Assembly: GCF_009914755.1 (NCBI RefSeq)
Contig: NC_060932.1
Source: the human T2T-CHM13v2.0 reference genome, Homo sapiens
Direction: 5' to 3' (one strand)
DNA length: 64,000 nt
Part shown: positions 1 through 18,070 of the stretch, one piece after another
How the letters are laid out: each line of letters starts with the position of its first letter
Position numbering within the stretch: position 1 is the stretch's first letter
Notes under the pieces: generated by a model
Database searches by the model: none
What the model was told of the DNA's origin: nothing
Seen by the model: only the letters and a program-made list of their open reading frames with translations
Program-made: the position numbers and the translations under genes

Positions 1-3827
<3,827 letters not shown>

Positions 3828-4164
3828 AAGCCTCAGGTTATATGAAGACAAAGAAGGGTAAAGGGACAGAGTGCTGGGGAAGCTGTTTTGAATATCAGTG
3901 ATCACAGAACATCCTCTGTATCATAGGTGACCATACTCTTTAGGTCTCCAAACCACCCTTTTCTCACAGGAAGTAGAAGATCATTGTTTACTAGATCCTA
4001 TGATCTAATTTGGCAAGCTGAATCAAGGCCTCAAGCTAATCTAAGGAAAAAAAATAAGAAAGCAGAGAAGTCATATGGCACAGAGCAGAGAAAGGAAACA
4101 GAGGTCAGAAAAAAAAAAAAAAGAAAAAGTACTTGGGGTGGGTGTCAGAATTGTTTGGGGAAGG

Positions 4165-4784
4165 TGTGATGGTTGATTTTCTGGGTCAACATGCCTGGGT
4201 TACGGGGTGCCCAGATATTTGGTCAAACTTTATTCCCAGTGTGTTGGGGAGGGGACTTTTGGATGAGATGCACATTTGCACTGGTGGACTGAGTAAAGCA
4301 GATTGCCCTCCCTAATGTAAGTGGGTCACATCAATCAGTTGAAGGCCCCAATAGAACAGAAAGACTGCCCCTTCCAAGAATAAGGGTGGACTCCTTCTGT
4401 CTGTCATTTTTTCCTTAGATTAGCTTGAGACCTTGGTTCAGCTCACCAGATTAGATCATAAGAGTGGACATAGTTAGCAAGGATCTTTTACTTACTGTAA
4501 AAGCTGGAGTATCACTTATTTCCAGCCTTTAGACTCAAACTGAAATATCGGCTCTTCCTGGGTCTTGAGCCCGTCAGCACTTGGACTGGAGCTGCACCAT
4601 CAGCTCTCCTGGGCTTCTGGCTCACCAAGTGAAGATCTTGGGACTTCTCAGCCTCCATAATCACATGAGCCAATCCCTGATCTCATATAATAATATCATG
4701 AAACTAACATATTATATTATGAAATAGATTTCATAATCACACAAGCCTATACCTTTCTTCTGTTCCTCTGGAAAACCTAACACA
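4165..4784 (+). mobile_element. MLT2 (ERVL) solo LTR
   Basis: Starts tgtgatggtt...gggtcaac, contains ctgagtaaagcagattgccctccctaatgt and cagcctccataatcacatgagccaat, ends ...ctggaaaacctaacaca. Confidence 0.85.
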
Positions 4785-5639
4785 GGGGGAAAAAAAAAAA
4801 AAGCTAGGAATCAGAAAAAAAAAGTTCTTGGGAGATAGTAGCTGTTTCCATGGAGATTACTAAGAAGAGCAGAGGGAGAGAGAAAACCAGGATTTAAAAG
4901 ATGATCTTCTATATTTTATGGGAACCCCTCTTTATACACTAATCTTTGTTTGGGAGATCTTTTCTCATGAGACTAAATACATATTTCAATCTCTTCCATT
5001 GTATTGCTGATACAGTCCAATTGTCATTTCTTTTAAACAATTATCTAATATGTTTACTATAAATAAATTGACGCCACATCAGGCCCAGGTTTACTCACAA
5101 TGTAAAATTATCTGAGTAGCTGCTATCTGCTAAGCACCAAGGATACAGGATGAAAAAGAACTTACAAATGGGTGAGAAAGGCATTCAAATGCTTCTCACA
5201 TACATAATTAATTCATTACAACTGTATTAAGTAGAATAAAAGACAAGCACAGGCTGCTAAGAGAGCTTGTGCTGGAGAAACTTTCCTACTCCAAAGTGCC
5301 ATAAAGGGATTGAGGCTGGCCCGGATTACAGCTGAGATCCAAGGAGCAAGAAGGGAGGGAAAGGAGTGTTCCAGAGAGAGGAGCCCACAGGAGGAGGAAG
5401 GGCTCTGAGAGAGGACGGAGCTCAGAGCTGTCAAATTGTTGAGGTGAGAGTGGCTGGACGTGGGGAGGGGGGCAGTAGTGAAACAGGAGCCGTAACCAAT
5501 ACGAAGGGGTGGTCATCTAAGTGGAAACTTGGGAAGCAGTCAGGGGCCCACCACTCAGGGCCAAGACCAACTTCAGGATTCAAACTCTACTAAGTGCATT
5601 GGAAGCCTATTTAAGCTACAGAGGAATCTGCTCAGATTT

Positions 5640-6715
5640 CTTTTTCTAAGACTTTATGTTTTTCAAACAGCTTTAGGATCACAGAAAAATTAAGAGGAAG
5701 GTATAGAGATTTCCCATAAACCCCCTGTCCCCACACATTAGAACATCCCCCATTATCAATATTTCTCACCAGTGTGGTGCATGTGTTACAACTGATGAAA
5801 CTGCAGTGACACATCATAATCCTCCAAAGTTCCGAGTTCACATTAGGATTCATTCTTCATCAAACCCTAGATGTTATATCTTCTATTGGTTCAATCCCTA
5901 TATATACATAAATATTATATAATCTATGGGTTTGAATAAATAGGTAATGAGGGCATCCAACATTATGGTATCATACAGAGTAGTTTCACTGCCCTAAAAA
6001 TCCTGCCTTCTGCCTCTTCTTCCCTCTCTACCTGCTGACAACCACTAACATTTTTGCTGTCTCCATAGTTTTTCTTTGCCCAGAATGTCAAGGAAAAGCT
6101 ATGCCTTTTCAGGCTAGTATCTTTCACTTAGCAATATGCATTTAAGTTTCCTCCATGTCTTTTCATGGCTTGACAGCTCATTTCATTTTAGCCCTGAATA
6201 TTTCATTGTCTGGGTGCTGCACAGTTTATTTATCTACTTAACTACTGAAGGACATCTTGATTGCTTCCAAGTTTTGGCAGTTATGAATAAAGCTGCTATA
6301 AACATACATGTGCAGGTTTTCATGTGGATATATGTTTTCAACTCCTTTGGGTAAATACTGAGGAGCACAATTGTTGGATTGCCTGTAAGAGTATGCTTAG
6401 TTTTGTAAGGAATGGCCAAACTGCCTTCCACAGGGATTATATCATTTTGCATTCCCACCAGCAACAAATGAGAGTTCCTATTTTTTTCCACCCTTGCCAG
6501 CATTTGGTGGTGTTGATGTTCTGGATTTTGGTCATTCTGATAGGTGTGTGGTGGTATCTCATTGCTGTTTTCATTTACATTTATCTGATGAACTATGATA
6601 TGGAGCTTCTTTTCATATGGTTATTTGCCATCTACATTTTCTTTGGTGAAGTGTCTGTTATAATTTCTGGCTCACTTTTTAATGTGGTTGGTTATTTTCT
6701 TATTGTTGAGTTTTA
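5640..6715 (-). mobile_element. Old L1 3' end (L1MC1/2-like)
   Basis: Reverse strand carries ORF2 C-terminal remnant (ORF 6234-6503 ...MFIAALFITAKTWKQSRCPS...) and an L1MC-type 3' UTR. Confidence 0.85.
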
Positions 6716-6831
6716 TGGTCTTTGGGACACCAAACATCCTTCTCATTCCTTACTCAGCAAGGGCTCATTAGCATTTGACTCAGGCTCTGTCAATCAGTCG
6801 TCTTCAATCTTGAAGGAATGATGCAAAAATG

Positions 6832-7075
6832 CAGACATTTATTGAGTGCTGTCTGTGTCCTAGACACTGTGCTAAACTACGTGAATTATCTAATTTACAC
6901 CTCACCTGATAAAATTGGTACTATTATTATCTCAACTGCATAAATAATAAAACTGAGGCCCATAAAGTTTAAGTAATTTGACAATTATCACAAAACTAAT
7001 ATATGAAGTGCTGTGATCCAAATCCAGGCAGTCTGGCCCCAGGGTCTGCTGTCTGGACCAAGACATTCTACTGCT
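6832..7075 (-). mobile_element. MIR SINE
   Basis: catttattgagtgct...actgtgctaa...aaactgaggccc core in reverse orientation. Confidence 0.8.
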
Positions 7076-8072
7076 TTTAAAAAGTGGCCGCAGACTAGCA
7101 CACAGGCCCTGCTCATTCAATGGGATAGCCTTGACCAATTATAAACCCTGCCCCTTAGCCTCAGGGGTCCCTGCAGCTTCTGCTAAGTTCTGAACTAAAT
7201 CTCTACCATGTTACTAATTCAGCAATTCCCTCATATTCTTCCAAACCACTCCCTTTTTGTTTAAGATGATCAAGTTGCATTCTTGTTTGCTACCAAGAAC
7301 CTTGACTGACACACTTCTTGTTGCATATGCTGTATTGTTATTAGGGTAGAAGTTTTTGAAATGGTTCTTGGATTTTAGCAAAGGGCAGTTACTTGGACAG
7401 CAAGAAGATACTTGAAGAAATCCTAAAAATAGAGAAGGTCTTGAAGGATGAAAAGGAAACAACAGTAGCTATACATGCTGAGTACAGGTGTCCTATGAGT
7501 CACCTGGAGATGTTTAAAGTAAGGGGACAACCCCTACAGCAGAATTTCCTATGAACAAGCTTGAATGGTGAAAAATCACAGGGAATCAAATGAACATAGA
7601 GGTTTGAGGTGTTCAGTACAAGGGCAACTAACTCCTCCGTCAACTGGAATAGAGTTTGCTATGAGCATGTTTACTGATCTTTAAATGACTCCTCTTTTGC
7701 TTTCACTGCAGATGTGCTCCTCTAAAGCCATGGAATCTGTGCTACTCAGCACTCCACACCCAGGGTCCCCAACAGTGCCTGACACAGATAAATGTCCAAA
7801 AATATTGGGTAAAAAGATGGACTTATGGATGGATGGGTGAACAAATGAATGGGTAAATACAGGAATGAGAGATGTTTCAAGACATTGCGGTATAGTCTGT
7901 GAGATTTAACATATTAGAAAAATGATGGCTGATGGCACAGCCCATATTTTCCTCCTTCATTCTTTTTCACCTTGCTCATAATTTTTATAATTAAGTTGCA
8001 TTTAAATGCAGACAAAATACACTAATAAAAAATTATCACTTTGTAGGCATAAAAGTCACAAAACAATATTAA

Positions 8073-8417
<345 letters not shown>

Positions 8418-8573
8418 CCAATCTGCTTTTCAAAGTGGAGGTGACCACAGTCTACAGATAAAGAGTAGGATTGAGAGGCCCAGGAAAAATAAAAGTGTCC
8501 ACACCAAGACACAAAGAAGTGGCGTGAGCTTCAGCTTCTACATAGACATCCTTCTGTGTCTTTTCCACTACAC

Positions 8574-9101
8574 TGTAATAATTATCTACACTGGTTAACA
8601 AATTATGTAAATACTCAGCAATTATAAACAATAACCACTTATGAGCTCACAGTTTTTGTGGACACGGGATTCAGAAGTGGCTTAGCTGGATCCTCTATCT
8701 AGGGTCTCTCATTAAGTTGCAGTCAAGATGTCAGTTAGGGCTACTGTCATCTCAAGGCTCGACTGGGGCTGGAGAATCCATGCTCAGAATGTTCATTCCT
8801 CTGTCTGGCAAGATAGTGCTGGTTGGTGGCAGGTGCCCTAGTTTTCCCGTGCACCCGTCCACGAGACTCCCTAGATGTCCTCATGGCATGACAGTTGGTT
8901 TGGCCAGAAGAAATGATCCAAGAGAAGAAGGAGGAAGCTACAACGTCTTCTGTGAGCTACCCTCGGAAGTTCAGCTCTGTCATTTCCACAATGTCCTATG
9001 ACTTATGTGGGTTAATGTGGGAGAAGACTAGTAGCTCATGAATAGAATACAATATCAGGAAGTGGGGATCATGGAGGGGCATCTCAGCAGCCGGACAGCA
9101 C
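8574..9101 (-). mobile_element. MLT1 (MaLR) solo LTR, MLT1G/H-like
   Basis: ggcttagctgg...ttgcagtcaagatgtcag...gactggggctggagaatcc...tgatccaagaga matches the reverse MLT1 consensus as recalled. Confidence 0.82.
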
Positions 9102-9717
9102 AAGAACACCACTCAGAAGTAAAAAATGAGCTTCAGGAAAGATGCAAGTCTGTAAGACCAAAAGCTAAGACACTCTAAGGCCTGTTGTCATTATCTCTGT
9201 AACATCATTGCCTACTATGGGGACATCAGCTTTTTTCCCCGCATTCAGAAATCCCACTTGCGAAAAGTTCACATTACAAACAGATGCTGCTTTTGGAGGA
9301 GTGCTGATAGGTTATCAATAAATATCCCATATAAAAATACCTATTATTTATACAAGAATATTTCCTGTAGGCACTCTAACAAATTCCTGCCCCTGTCTTC
9401 TCTCACATAGGTCCAAGTGACAAAAAAAAAAAAAAAAGAGGCAAAATGACTATCTTCATGACGTAAGAGAAGTATATGCCCATTCCCTGCTGGTCCCAGA
9501 CTCCCTCACCTCCACAAACAAAAAGAAGCTTTCTCTTGCAGTTGGGGATTTGCTCAAGTAGCAGAATGCTACAGACCAGTCCAAAAAATAAGCAGAAGCC
9601 AGGGTACCACATACAGTTAAGGGTCAGGGTCCAGAGTCCAGGTCACTCCATAGAACCAGCAGGGTCCATATTGCTGTTCTTAGCCCCCTTTTTAGAAATG
9701 GTAGAAGATGATTTTTC

Positions 9718-9897
9718 AGAGAGCAGGTCTTGGAGCCAGGCTGCCTAGGTTCAAATCTCAGCACCTTACATGTTATTTCTGTGATATTTTCCAAGTTACT
9801 TAAACTTGATGGGCCTCAGTACCTGCATAGTGAAGATAATAATAGTACTGACTCCATCAGGTGAGGTCAGATTAAATTATGTAATCCTCATAAAGTA
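9718..9897 (+). mobile_element. MIR SINE
   Basis: ggagccaggctgcctaggttcaaatctcagc...aagttacttaaac...gcctcagt...gataataatagtac. Confidence 0.8.
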
Positions 9898-11454
9898 GAA
9901 GGATCTTTGCTATGCTTTTGCCAAACTTACCCTCTCTTTATTTCACGAAAGAGAAATCTGACTCTTGGGGAGAGTGTGTGGCTTTCCCCAAGGTAATATA
10001 GATGGTCGAGCTATGCCTGCAACTCATGCACTGACTCCCAGGACCAGGTGGGGGTCACTGAGTTAGTCCAGACGGGATGCAGGAGAGGAGAATAAGGCAG
10101 GTAAAAATGAAGGTAATTGCACAAAAACTCCTTTTAAGTCCACTGCTTTTAAAATTAAAAAAAAAAAGTAATTTTGAAAATGCCTTTTGAAAAGCAGCCT
10201 AAGTGTTTAAGCCATGGACTTGGCCAAGGTTCTCTTCAAAGGCCAATTCTCCCGGCCAAAAAATTGGATCAGGTACACGTGAAGTGGATGACTGGAACAC
10301 AGCCATGTTTCAGTGACCCATTTTCTCCTTCATTCGTCAAATGGAAAATGACTGCCCTAGATGCCTCCCTTAAGTGATGGCTTTTGAGGGATATTATAGT
10401 CTTAGTGCGGCTGGCAGAGGTTGCAAAATAACTGTCAAATTCCAGCCTCTTCTCCTGGAAAGAACCTGAGAGTTTAGCTATCTGAACCACCTACGAAACA
10501 GAGGAAGAAACTGAGGCCAAACATGTTCTAATATTTCTTGATACTGCAGAGCAAGTAAGTGCAGAACCAGGGCTAGTACTGAAGCCTCACTCTGCACCCT
10601 TTCTTCCTCCATCACTCAGGTCTTAATTTAAAAGTTGATGAGGCAGGCAGGATTCTGTAAACATAGATTTAGTTTCAGTCCATCTGGAGGAGTCTCACTT
10701 TTGTGCTAGTGTGGCTTCACACACAGAGAGCTCCACTAAACTTATAATCGGAAGGAATGGAAACAACTAACTACTGCGGACCTACTGTGCACCAGGCATC
10801 TATCTACTCCTTGTCTCATGCACAGCCTATGTTGCCCACAATGCTGCAGAATCCACGAAAACAAGAACTCTGTCCACAGTTTCTCAACTTTGTGTCATTA
10901 TCCCTCAGCCCAGGGCTTGGCATGTAGTAGACATTCAATAAACGTACTGAGTCAATGATCTCACTTAAATCTTAAGATAACAGATGAGCACTGACTTATA
11001 AATTAGGGAACCTAGCTGAAATTGACAGAAAGATGTATTCAAGCCATTCAGAGTGTAAATGTGGGAACTGAGTGTGATTTTGTGACCTTCAGAAAGAGAA
11101 AGTCTTTGGGGGATCTATTTTAATGTAAAAGTAAGATTGCTTCAAATCCAACAAATACAATGTTGCTGGCACATAGGACCTTCCAAAATACTCTGGAGGT
11201 TAAATATGTCTCCAAGCCATTACACTAGCTCTGCCTGTTTACTCAGCAAATTCTCTTTCATCATGGATAGGAGAAATGTAAACTGCATTGGGACCTTGGG
11301 TTGCACAATTGTCATAGATTTCAAAGTTACTAAAGTCCAAATTAACCAGGGTTTCATATTCTTCATGTTCCAAGTACGTGGTCTGACAGCATCTCTTAAG
11401 ATTCTAGCCAACAATGCAAAATGAAGCATAATATAGATGAAATAATAATAAACA

Positions 11455-11650
11455 ATAACAATATCATAATAATTATAAAGTGCCAGACATTGTTCTGAGA
11501 GCTTTCCATGTATTACCTAATCTGATCCTTACAACAAACCTAAATGTAGGTTTTTATTATTACTATAATAACCCCCATTTTATGGAAGAGACAACTGAGG
11601 AAGAAATAAGTATCTAGGCCCAAGAGATCAACTGCTTCTACATTCTGGCT
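11455..11650 (-). mobile_element. MIR SINE
   Basis: gtgccagacattgttctgagagcttt...cccattttatggaagagacaactgagg. Confidence 0.7.
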
Positions 11651-11879
11651 CTGTTCTTTCTTGTCTAGCATTATTCTCCTTGTGAATGGATGGGTAGGTG
11701 GGTATGTGGGCAGATGGATGGGTGAATAAACGGATGGAAAGAGATGGGAATCAGCAAAGGGTCCATCACCACTATGGTGGTACAGTTTCTAAGTACCTGA
11801 CTTCATCCATAATTCATGCTGTAGACAGCTGTTACAGTGGCTGAGTCCTACTGGATTGGTTTGGAAGGCCAGGAATGGT

Positions 11880-12080
11880 GGTTATGTGCACAAGTTCTGA
11901 AATCAGATCTACACCCTCCATATGCCAGATCCAGACCTACAAGCTGTCTGCCTTTGTGTATGACTTTTCAGAGCCTCAATTTCTGTCTCTCAAATGGGAA
12001 AAATAAATTATCTATTCAGAAGTGTACGTGAGGACCAAATGTAATGTCAGCACATAGTAGGTGGTCAGTAAATGTGTTGA
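11880..12080 (+). mobile_element. MIR SINE
   Basis: gagcctcaatttctgtctctcaaatggga...gcacatagtaggtggtcagtaaatgt. Confidence 0.65.
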
Positions 12081-13685
12081 AAGACTGAGTGAACAAGTCA
12101 CCAACATATCACTGGCAGCCCACAGGGATTCAACAGGTCTCCCCTGTTATGGTTTGAACGACACAATCACCCAAACACAACAAAACTGTGAAAATCCCCA
12201 GATTTATACTTTAAATCCTCACAAATATCACTGGGTATGTAGCTGAAGTATTTTGGCTTCACTGACATTGAAGTCACCAAAATGAACTAAGAGCTAATTG
12301 CAATTTACAAAGTCAGGTAATCTTCCTAATCCTAATCCTTTGTATCTTTGAACTGCAGATTTGCAATTTGCCAAAAACAAGTGCATTTCTGAAGAGGGTG
12401 AAGGGAGTGGGGAGGAAGTATTTTCATTGGGAGACTACAAGGTTAGGACAGGGTCTTAGCTTCTGTGTTTTGCTCCTTCAATATAATCCATGCTCCCAGC
12501 CTAGGGAGAAGGCATTATCTAATGCTTCAGTGGGAAATCCCTGCCCACAAGGTCATGAGGCTCGTGGGTGGTGGGTTTATCTGAGTCTCCTATAGGCAGC
12601 TCCATCAATTCCTAGGTAACAATTATGCCTCCAGCTGGAAAAAACAAGCTCATTTTAAAGTTTTCCTAGGAATCATCTTCACTAAAATATATACCAAATG
12701 GTGATTTCCCCATATTCCCTTGATCCTCTTTAGAAGCACATTTTTCTCTATCAAAGAGAAGATGAAAAGGACATTCATATTGTAAGGGAAAGCAAAGGCC
12801 TCACTGGCATGGTCTATATACATCAGTACTTAGTAAAATGAAGGGAAAGCTGGATGGTGGAGACAGAAACCACGCTCCTTTCCTGGAGTCATACCCCGTT
12901 CCTCTCACCACTGACATGGAAAGATAAAACGGGGGAAGGACCAGGAAAATCATCCTGGGAAGCTTTGGGGAGAACAAAACTGGGACAACAAAGAAGATGT
13001 GAAAGAAAAATAAAAGGAACAAAAAAAAAAAAGCTTTACATGTGGAATTAAAAATATAGGTGATAAAATAATAGGCAAAATGCCTCTAGAAAAGAGAAGG
13101 GATAAGGGATGGCCAGCAACCCTCCACGCTAGACCTAGGAAGAGAAGCAGGAGCCAGAAGAAAAGGAAGGGGGCATGGGATGTAAGTGTGTGCCGACACA
13201 CAGAGGGAGGGAAGGGTGTGGAGGTGTGGGAAACGGGACATGGCACCAGGCATCTCCAACACTGAGCAGGAGTGAGAGCCGTGGCAGAGACGGCTGGAGA
13301 TGGTGTAGGCCATGGAAAGTACTGTGAGCCACTGCAGGGTCATATTGTCACAGTGTCTAGGCTAGAGTTTCTCAAGGTGTGATACTCATACAACTGCCTC
13401 AATATCACCCCAGATGGTTGCTAAAATTTCAGATCCCAAGCCCTCCCTGAGGCTTAGCAATTTCACAAGACAGAATGTAGATGATGAGCATGGCATCACC
13501 AACTCCCAGTGGTGATCCTTGTTTACACTGAGCTGGTGACTCTCCATCAGTCACAGGGGAGCCACTGAAGGCTTTGCAGCAGGAAACTGACATTCGTGTT
13601 TCACTTTACAAGGGTTTTCATCATCCTTTATGCTTTATAGGATTTACAACAATCATCCATTTCATATAAAAAGTACACATTTTTG

Positions 13686-14163
<478 letters not shown>

Positions 14164-14597
14164 AAGCATACATTCTTATGAGCATATAGTAGCATACTTA
14201 CATATTTCCATACTAAATTACAAGCTCTGTGAAGGTGGGAATGTTGTCTTTTTTCTGTTTACCTTCAAAGCCTTAAGAGTTAACACAGTGGTGATCTGTC
14301 ATGTCAGGAATTCAATATTTATTAAGTGAACAAATTCACAAATAAATGTAGTCTGTCAGGAGTCAAAATGACACATCAGAAGATGGAGATCTGAAGTAAG
14401 GTGGGAAACTTGGATACTCCAGGTGAGAGGGTTATGGCCTGAAATAAGATGGTCAAGGTTGCTATGGGGAAGAAGGAGCAGAGTAGAAAGAATCTGAAAA
14501 TATTTCCTGGATTTGGCAGGAATGGCCATTAGACCAAAAGAGAGTACATGTGTCCAGAGAATTCCATGCTTCCTTCCTGGTACCAAATCTACTATCA

Positions 14598-14793
14598 CTC
14601 TGGCCCACGGTCTATTTGTGTAAATAAAGCTTTATTGGAACACAGTCACAGCCACTTATTTATGTATTGTCTGTGGCTGCTTCCTCACTATAAAAGCAGG
14701 GGTGAGTAGTTGAGTCAGGGACCATATGGCCTGGATGACCTAAAATATATACCATCTATCTAGCCCTTTACAAAAAACGTACGCTGACCGCTG
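14598..14793 (+). mobile_element. MER58A (hAT-Charlie MITE)
   Basis: gtaaataaagctttattggaacacagtcac...tattgtctgtggctgctt...gccctttacaaaaaa...gaccgctg. Confidence 0.85.
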
Positions 14794-15623
14794 ATTTAGG
14801 AGTTCATTTAGTTCTCTGCTGTTGTAGAAGTTACGCTGAATTCAGAGGGAGTAGCAAATGATAATTTTCCAGCAGCACATGGCTAATTTAAGCAGAAGCA
14901 AAGTGAAGTGTGGGATTTCTGACTTGTGAAATTGCCGGCATGTACTGGTGGCCACACAGTACATGTGTGTGAAATTCCCTACACAGGCAAGCCCAGGGAA
15001 TACAGCAGAGGTTGGGCGTCTGAATCCACGCAGCACTGCCACTCCCCACCCCCAAATCAGCCCACAGCCAAAGGAACTGGGGAAAGTTATGATCATAGTA
15101 CCTCTATAACTTTGTGATGAAGAATGACAGGGATTTGCAGGAATCGTAGCTGGTAGAACAATCAAAGAAGGACATTAAAGGACTCAGGCTATTTTGCCGT
15201 AAACATCAGTAGCCTCCAAAAGTGTCAGTTCTCGGGCAGTAAGAGCATTTGTTGGTACTTCTCCAGAACCACTTTTCACAATTGCCAAAATACTATGGGG
15301 GAAGAAAACCAGATAAACAAGGCAGAAACTAGAAGAAGGCACAAAGCAGCAGTGGCAGGGACAATTATAAATCTCCAGGGCTGCAGGATCCTCAACTCAT
15401 AAAATTGAAAAGGCACTTCAAAAAATCCTCCATGTCCGTGACAGTCTGTCACTAGAGAGGGCGTTCCTCAGATTATCAACAACCATGAAGCTCTCTAATG
15501 CCTTATCAACAGTCTCAAGGACCAGGCGATCATGAGAAACACAGGCTGTATTGATTCAATACTCAAACTGGCGGGATGATGATGATGAATGGTCAGTTTT
15601 TCTCTGTCTCATCCTCTTCAAGG

Positions 15624-15801
15624 ATAACTCCACCCTGAACCTCAGCTCTTTCCAGACCCTGACTCAGATCTGGACTGAGGTAGGGCTCAGACTACTGCAG
15701 AAGGGGCCCTGGCATTGTGCAGCCAAAGCTCCTATACTCAGAGAGCTTGGGTTTTCCTGTTTCCTCTTCCAAGCTATGGCAAAGGGAACTGGAGAGATAA
15801 G
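15624..15801 (+). repeat. 178-bp local direct repeat, copy A
   Basis: Ungapped match to 16860-17037, about 21 mismatches by hand count. Confidence 0.95.
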
Positions 15802-15837
15802 AAGCAGGCCCCCTCTGAAAGTCTGTGAGTCACTTTA

Positions 15838-16325
15838 AAATAGAGATTGGCCATGGACCCTGGGTCCAGAATGCATCAGTTTAAATCCCAGGCAGCCTAA
15901 GGGAGTTACTTCACCCATCCTTGTACTCTGCTCCATCAGCTGTAAAATGAATAGAACCATAGAACTTTCCTCCTCAATTTGAGATAAGGATGATCTGATT
16001 TAATATATGCAAAAGCACTGTGAATAAGGCCGGCCCATAGGAAGCATCCTGTAAGGATTAACTATTGTTTCTTTGCTGTACCAATAGTTTAAGCCCTTTC
16101 TTTGGGTGATACACCATGCTAAGCAGTTTCTGTTCATTATCCATTCCACTCATTATCACATTTATTACTAGAAGGCAGACACAATACCTACATTTTGCAG
16201 ATGAGGACGCTGAGGCACAGGTAAGGGACATAATTTGCTTAGAGGCACATGGCTAGTAAGCAGTGCAGCCAGGAATGGAAGATTCCATAGACTGTCTGGC
16301 TTCAAAGCCTATGAGTTCAACAACC
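15838..16325. mobile_element. Two MIR remnants, + (~15838-16068) and - (~16100-16325)
   Basis: ctgtaaaatgaatagaac... and cattttgcagatgaggacgctgaggcacag cores. Confidence 0.7.
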
Positions 16326-16679
16326 CAGTGCTATGCTGCAGTGCCTGAGACACCCACAGCCCCAGAAGCTAAAGCCTTCTTCCAAATGCAAAACAGCAGC
16401 CTGGAGGGTGAAACACACCTACCCTGGAAGTGAAGATAAAGGGACATGGCAAAGGTCTCAGAGCCAATTCACACCAACAGGGCCTTCACCCAAACATGGC
16501 AGGGACTGTCTAACCCAAGAGCTGTTTATTCTCAGGCCTCCCCATGCCTCAGAGTATACATTTGTGCCTGCTTCAGACTATTAAGATTGGGGAAAAGAAG
16601 ACAGTTATTCATTCTCCAGCATTTCTTCCAGGATGCTCCTCTAGGTGACTCCATTTTGACTAATGAAATAAAAGAATAA

Positions 16680-16859
16680 ATATTCTGGGAGGCTTCTGGA
16701 AGGATTTTTTTTTCTATAAAAAAAGAACAGACAAGGAAGAAAAATGGCTGGTGCTGCACTCCTCTTTTCTTCTTCCCTGAACAGAGATGTGACGTTGGGA
16801 GCTGTGGTCATTCTACTGCAACAATGTGACAACAAGGCAATAGCTAAGGACGGCAAAGA
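16680..16859 (+). mobile_element. MLT1J/K-like LTR fragment
   Basis: gggaggcttctggaagg...gatgtgacgttgggagctgtggtcatt...gctaaggacggcaaag. Confidence 0.55.
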
Positions 16860-17037
16860 ATAACTCCACCCTGAACCTCAGCTCTTTATAGACCCTGATT
16901 CAGATCTGGACTGAGGTAGGGCTCAGACTCCTGCAGAGCGGGGCCTGGCATCATACAGCCAAAGCTCCTGTATTCAGACAGCTTGGGTTTTCCTATTTTC
17001 TCTTCCAATCCACAGCAAAGGGAACCGGTGAGATAAG
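16860..17037 (+). repeat. 178-bp local direct repeat, copy B
   Basis: Matches 15624-15801. Confidence 0.95.
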
Positions 17038-18026
17038 GATCAGATGCTCATTTAAAAAACAGGGAGTTAATCCTTTGTTATAAGTTTCTTTTTTTTAATG
17101 TCAGTCACTGGTCACTTCCAGGCTAGTTAAATAAACAGGAGTTGAAGCCACTATTAGTCATGGATACTCTTACGTTAAGCTGACAGCAGTCCTGGCTCAC
17201 ACTGCAAGGCAGCTGAGATATGCAGGGGTGTTAAGCACACACCTGAGCCAGGAAGTGGACCAGGGTGCTGGGGATGCATCCTGGTCATCAAGGAAACAAC
17301 TCACCAATTCTCATTTGTAAAATAAGGAAATAAAGCCAGATGTCAGCAAAGGTCTGTTTCAGTTCTAAGATGTTATGACTTTTTGTAGTGAAGAGATTAC
17401 AAAAATTCCTTTCCAGAGGATTTGAGAAGCCCAGTGACATGATGAAGGCAGAGTACACACACAATAAATTACCACAAACATATTTAAACATGACCTCAGG
17501 ATTGACATTTAACTTCTCTTGGTTTTCAAGTCCATGTCAAGGTATGCAAATGAAATGTTAAGCCAATACTCTAATTCTGTAGAGCTAGCTATTTAGCACC
17601 TGTGCAAGGTTCCTTATACATATTGCATTTAACCCTGAACAGAACACTATGAAATGAATAGGATCACTCTCTGATAAAAAATGAAGCTCAGACGTCAGTA
17701 GTCTATGTAAATCATCCTAGGACCTCACAGACAACCATGACTATTGGGATTTAAACCCAGGCCTGCCTTCCTCTACAAGACATAGCCACATTGGCACTGT
17801 CCCTTGATTTCTTTTTAAAACCAGCACATACTCAAAAATGCTGATCTTCTCTCTGTATCGTTCAACCCACGAGGGTGGGAGAAGGTTGCTAATAACCGCC
17901 CACCCAGAGCAGCATGATTCATGTGGCTGTCATCCTGCCCGAATGACACAGATGAGCTGTCAGCCTTCTCTCAGAAGCCTGACTCAACTCTATGACCAGC
18001 TGAATCAATTATCCAAGGTTGGCTTG

Positions 18027-18070
18027 ATAGATGATGATAATAATGATGATGATGATAATGATGATGATAA
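18027..18070 (+). repeat. Imperfect (GAT/AAT)n microsatellite
   Basis: gatgatgataataatgatgatgatgataatgatgatgataa. Confidence 0.9.

Noticed and set aside
4716-4737. 10-bp perfect palindrome attatgaaat-ag-atttcataat
   Set aside because: Short, AT-rich and inside the low-complexity part of an MLT2 LTR.
15624-17037. Direct repeats as the LTR pair of a small retroelement
   Set aside because: No TG/CA termini, PBS, PPT or TSD; the interior contains MIRs.
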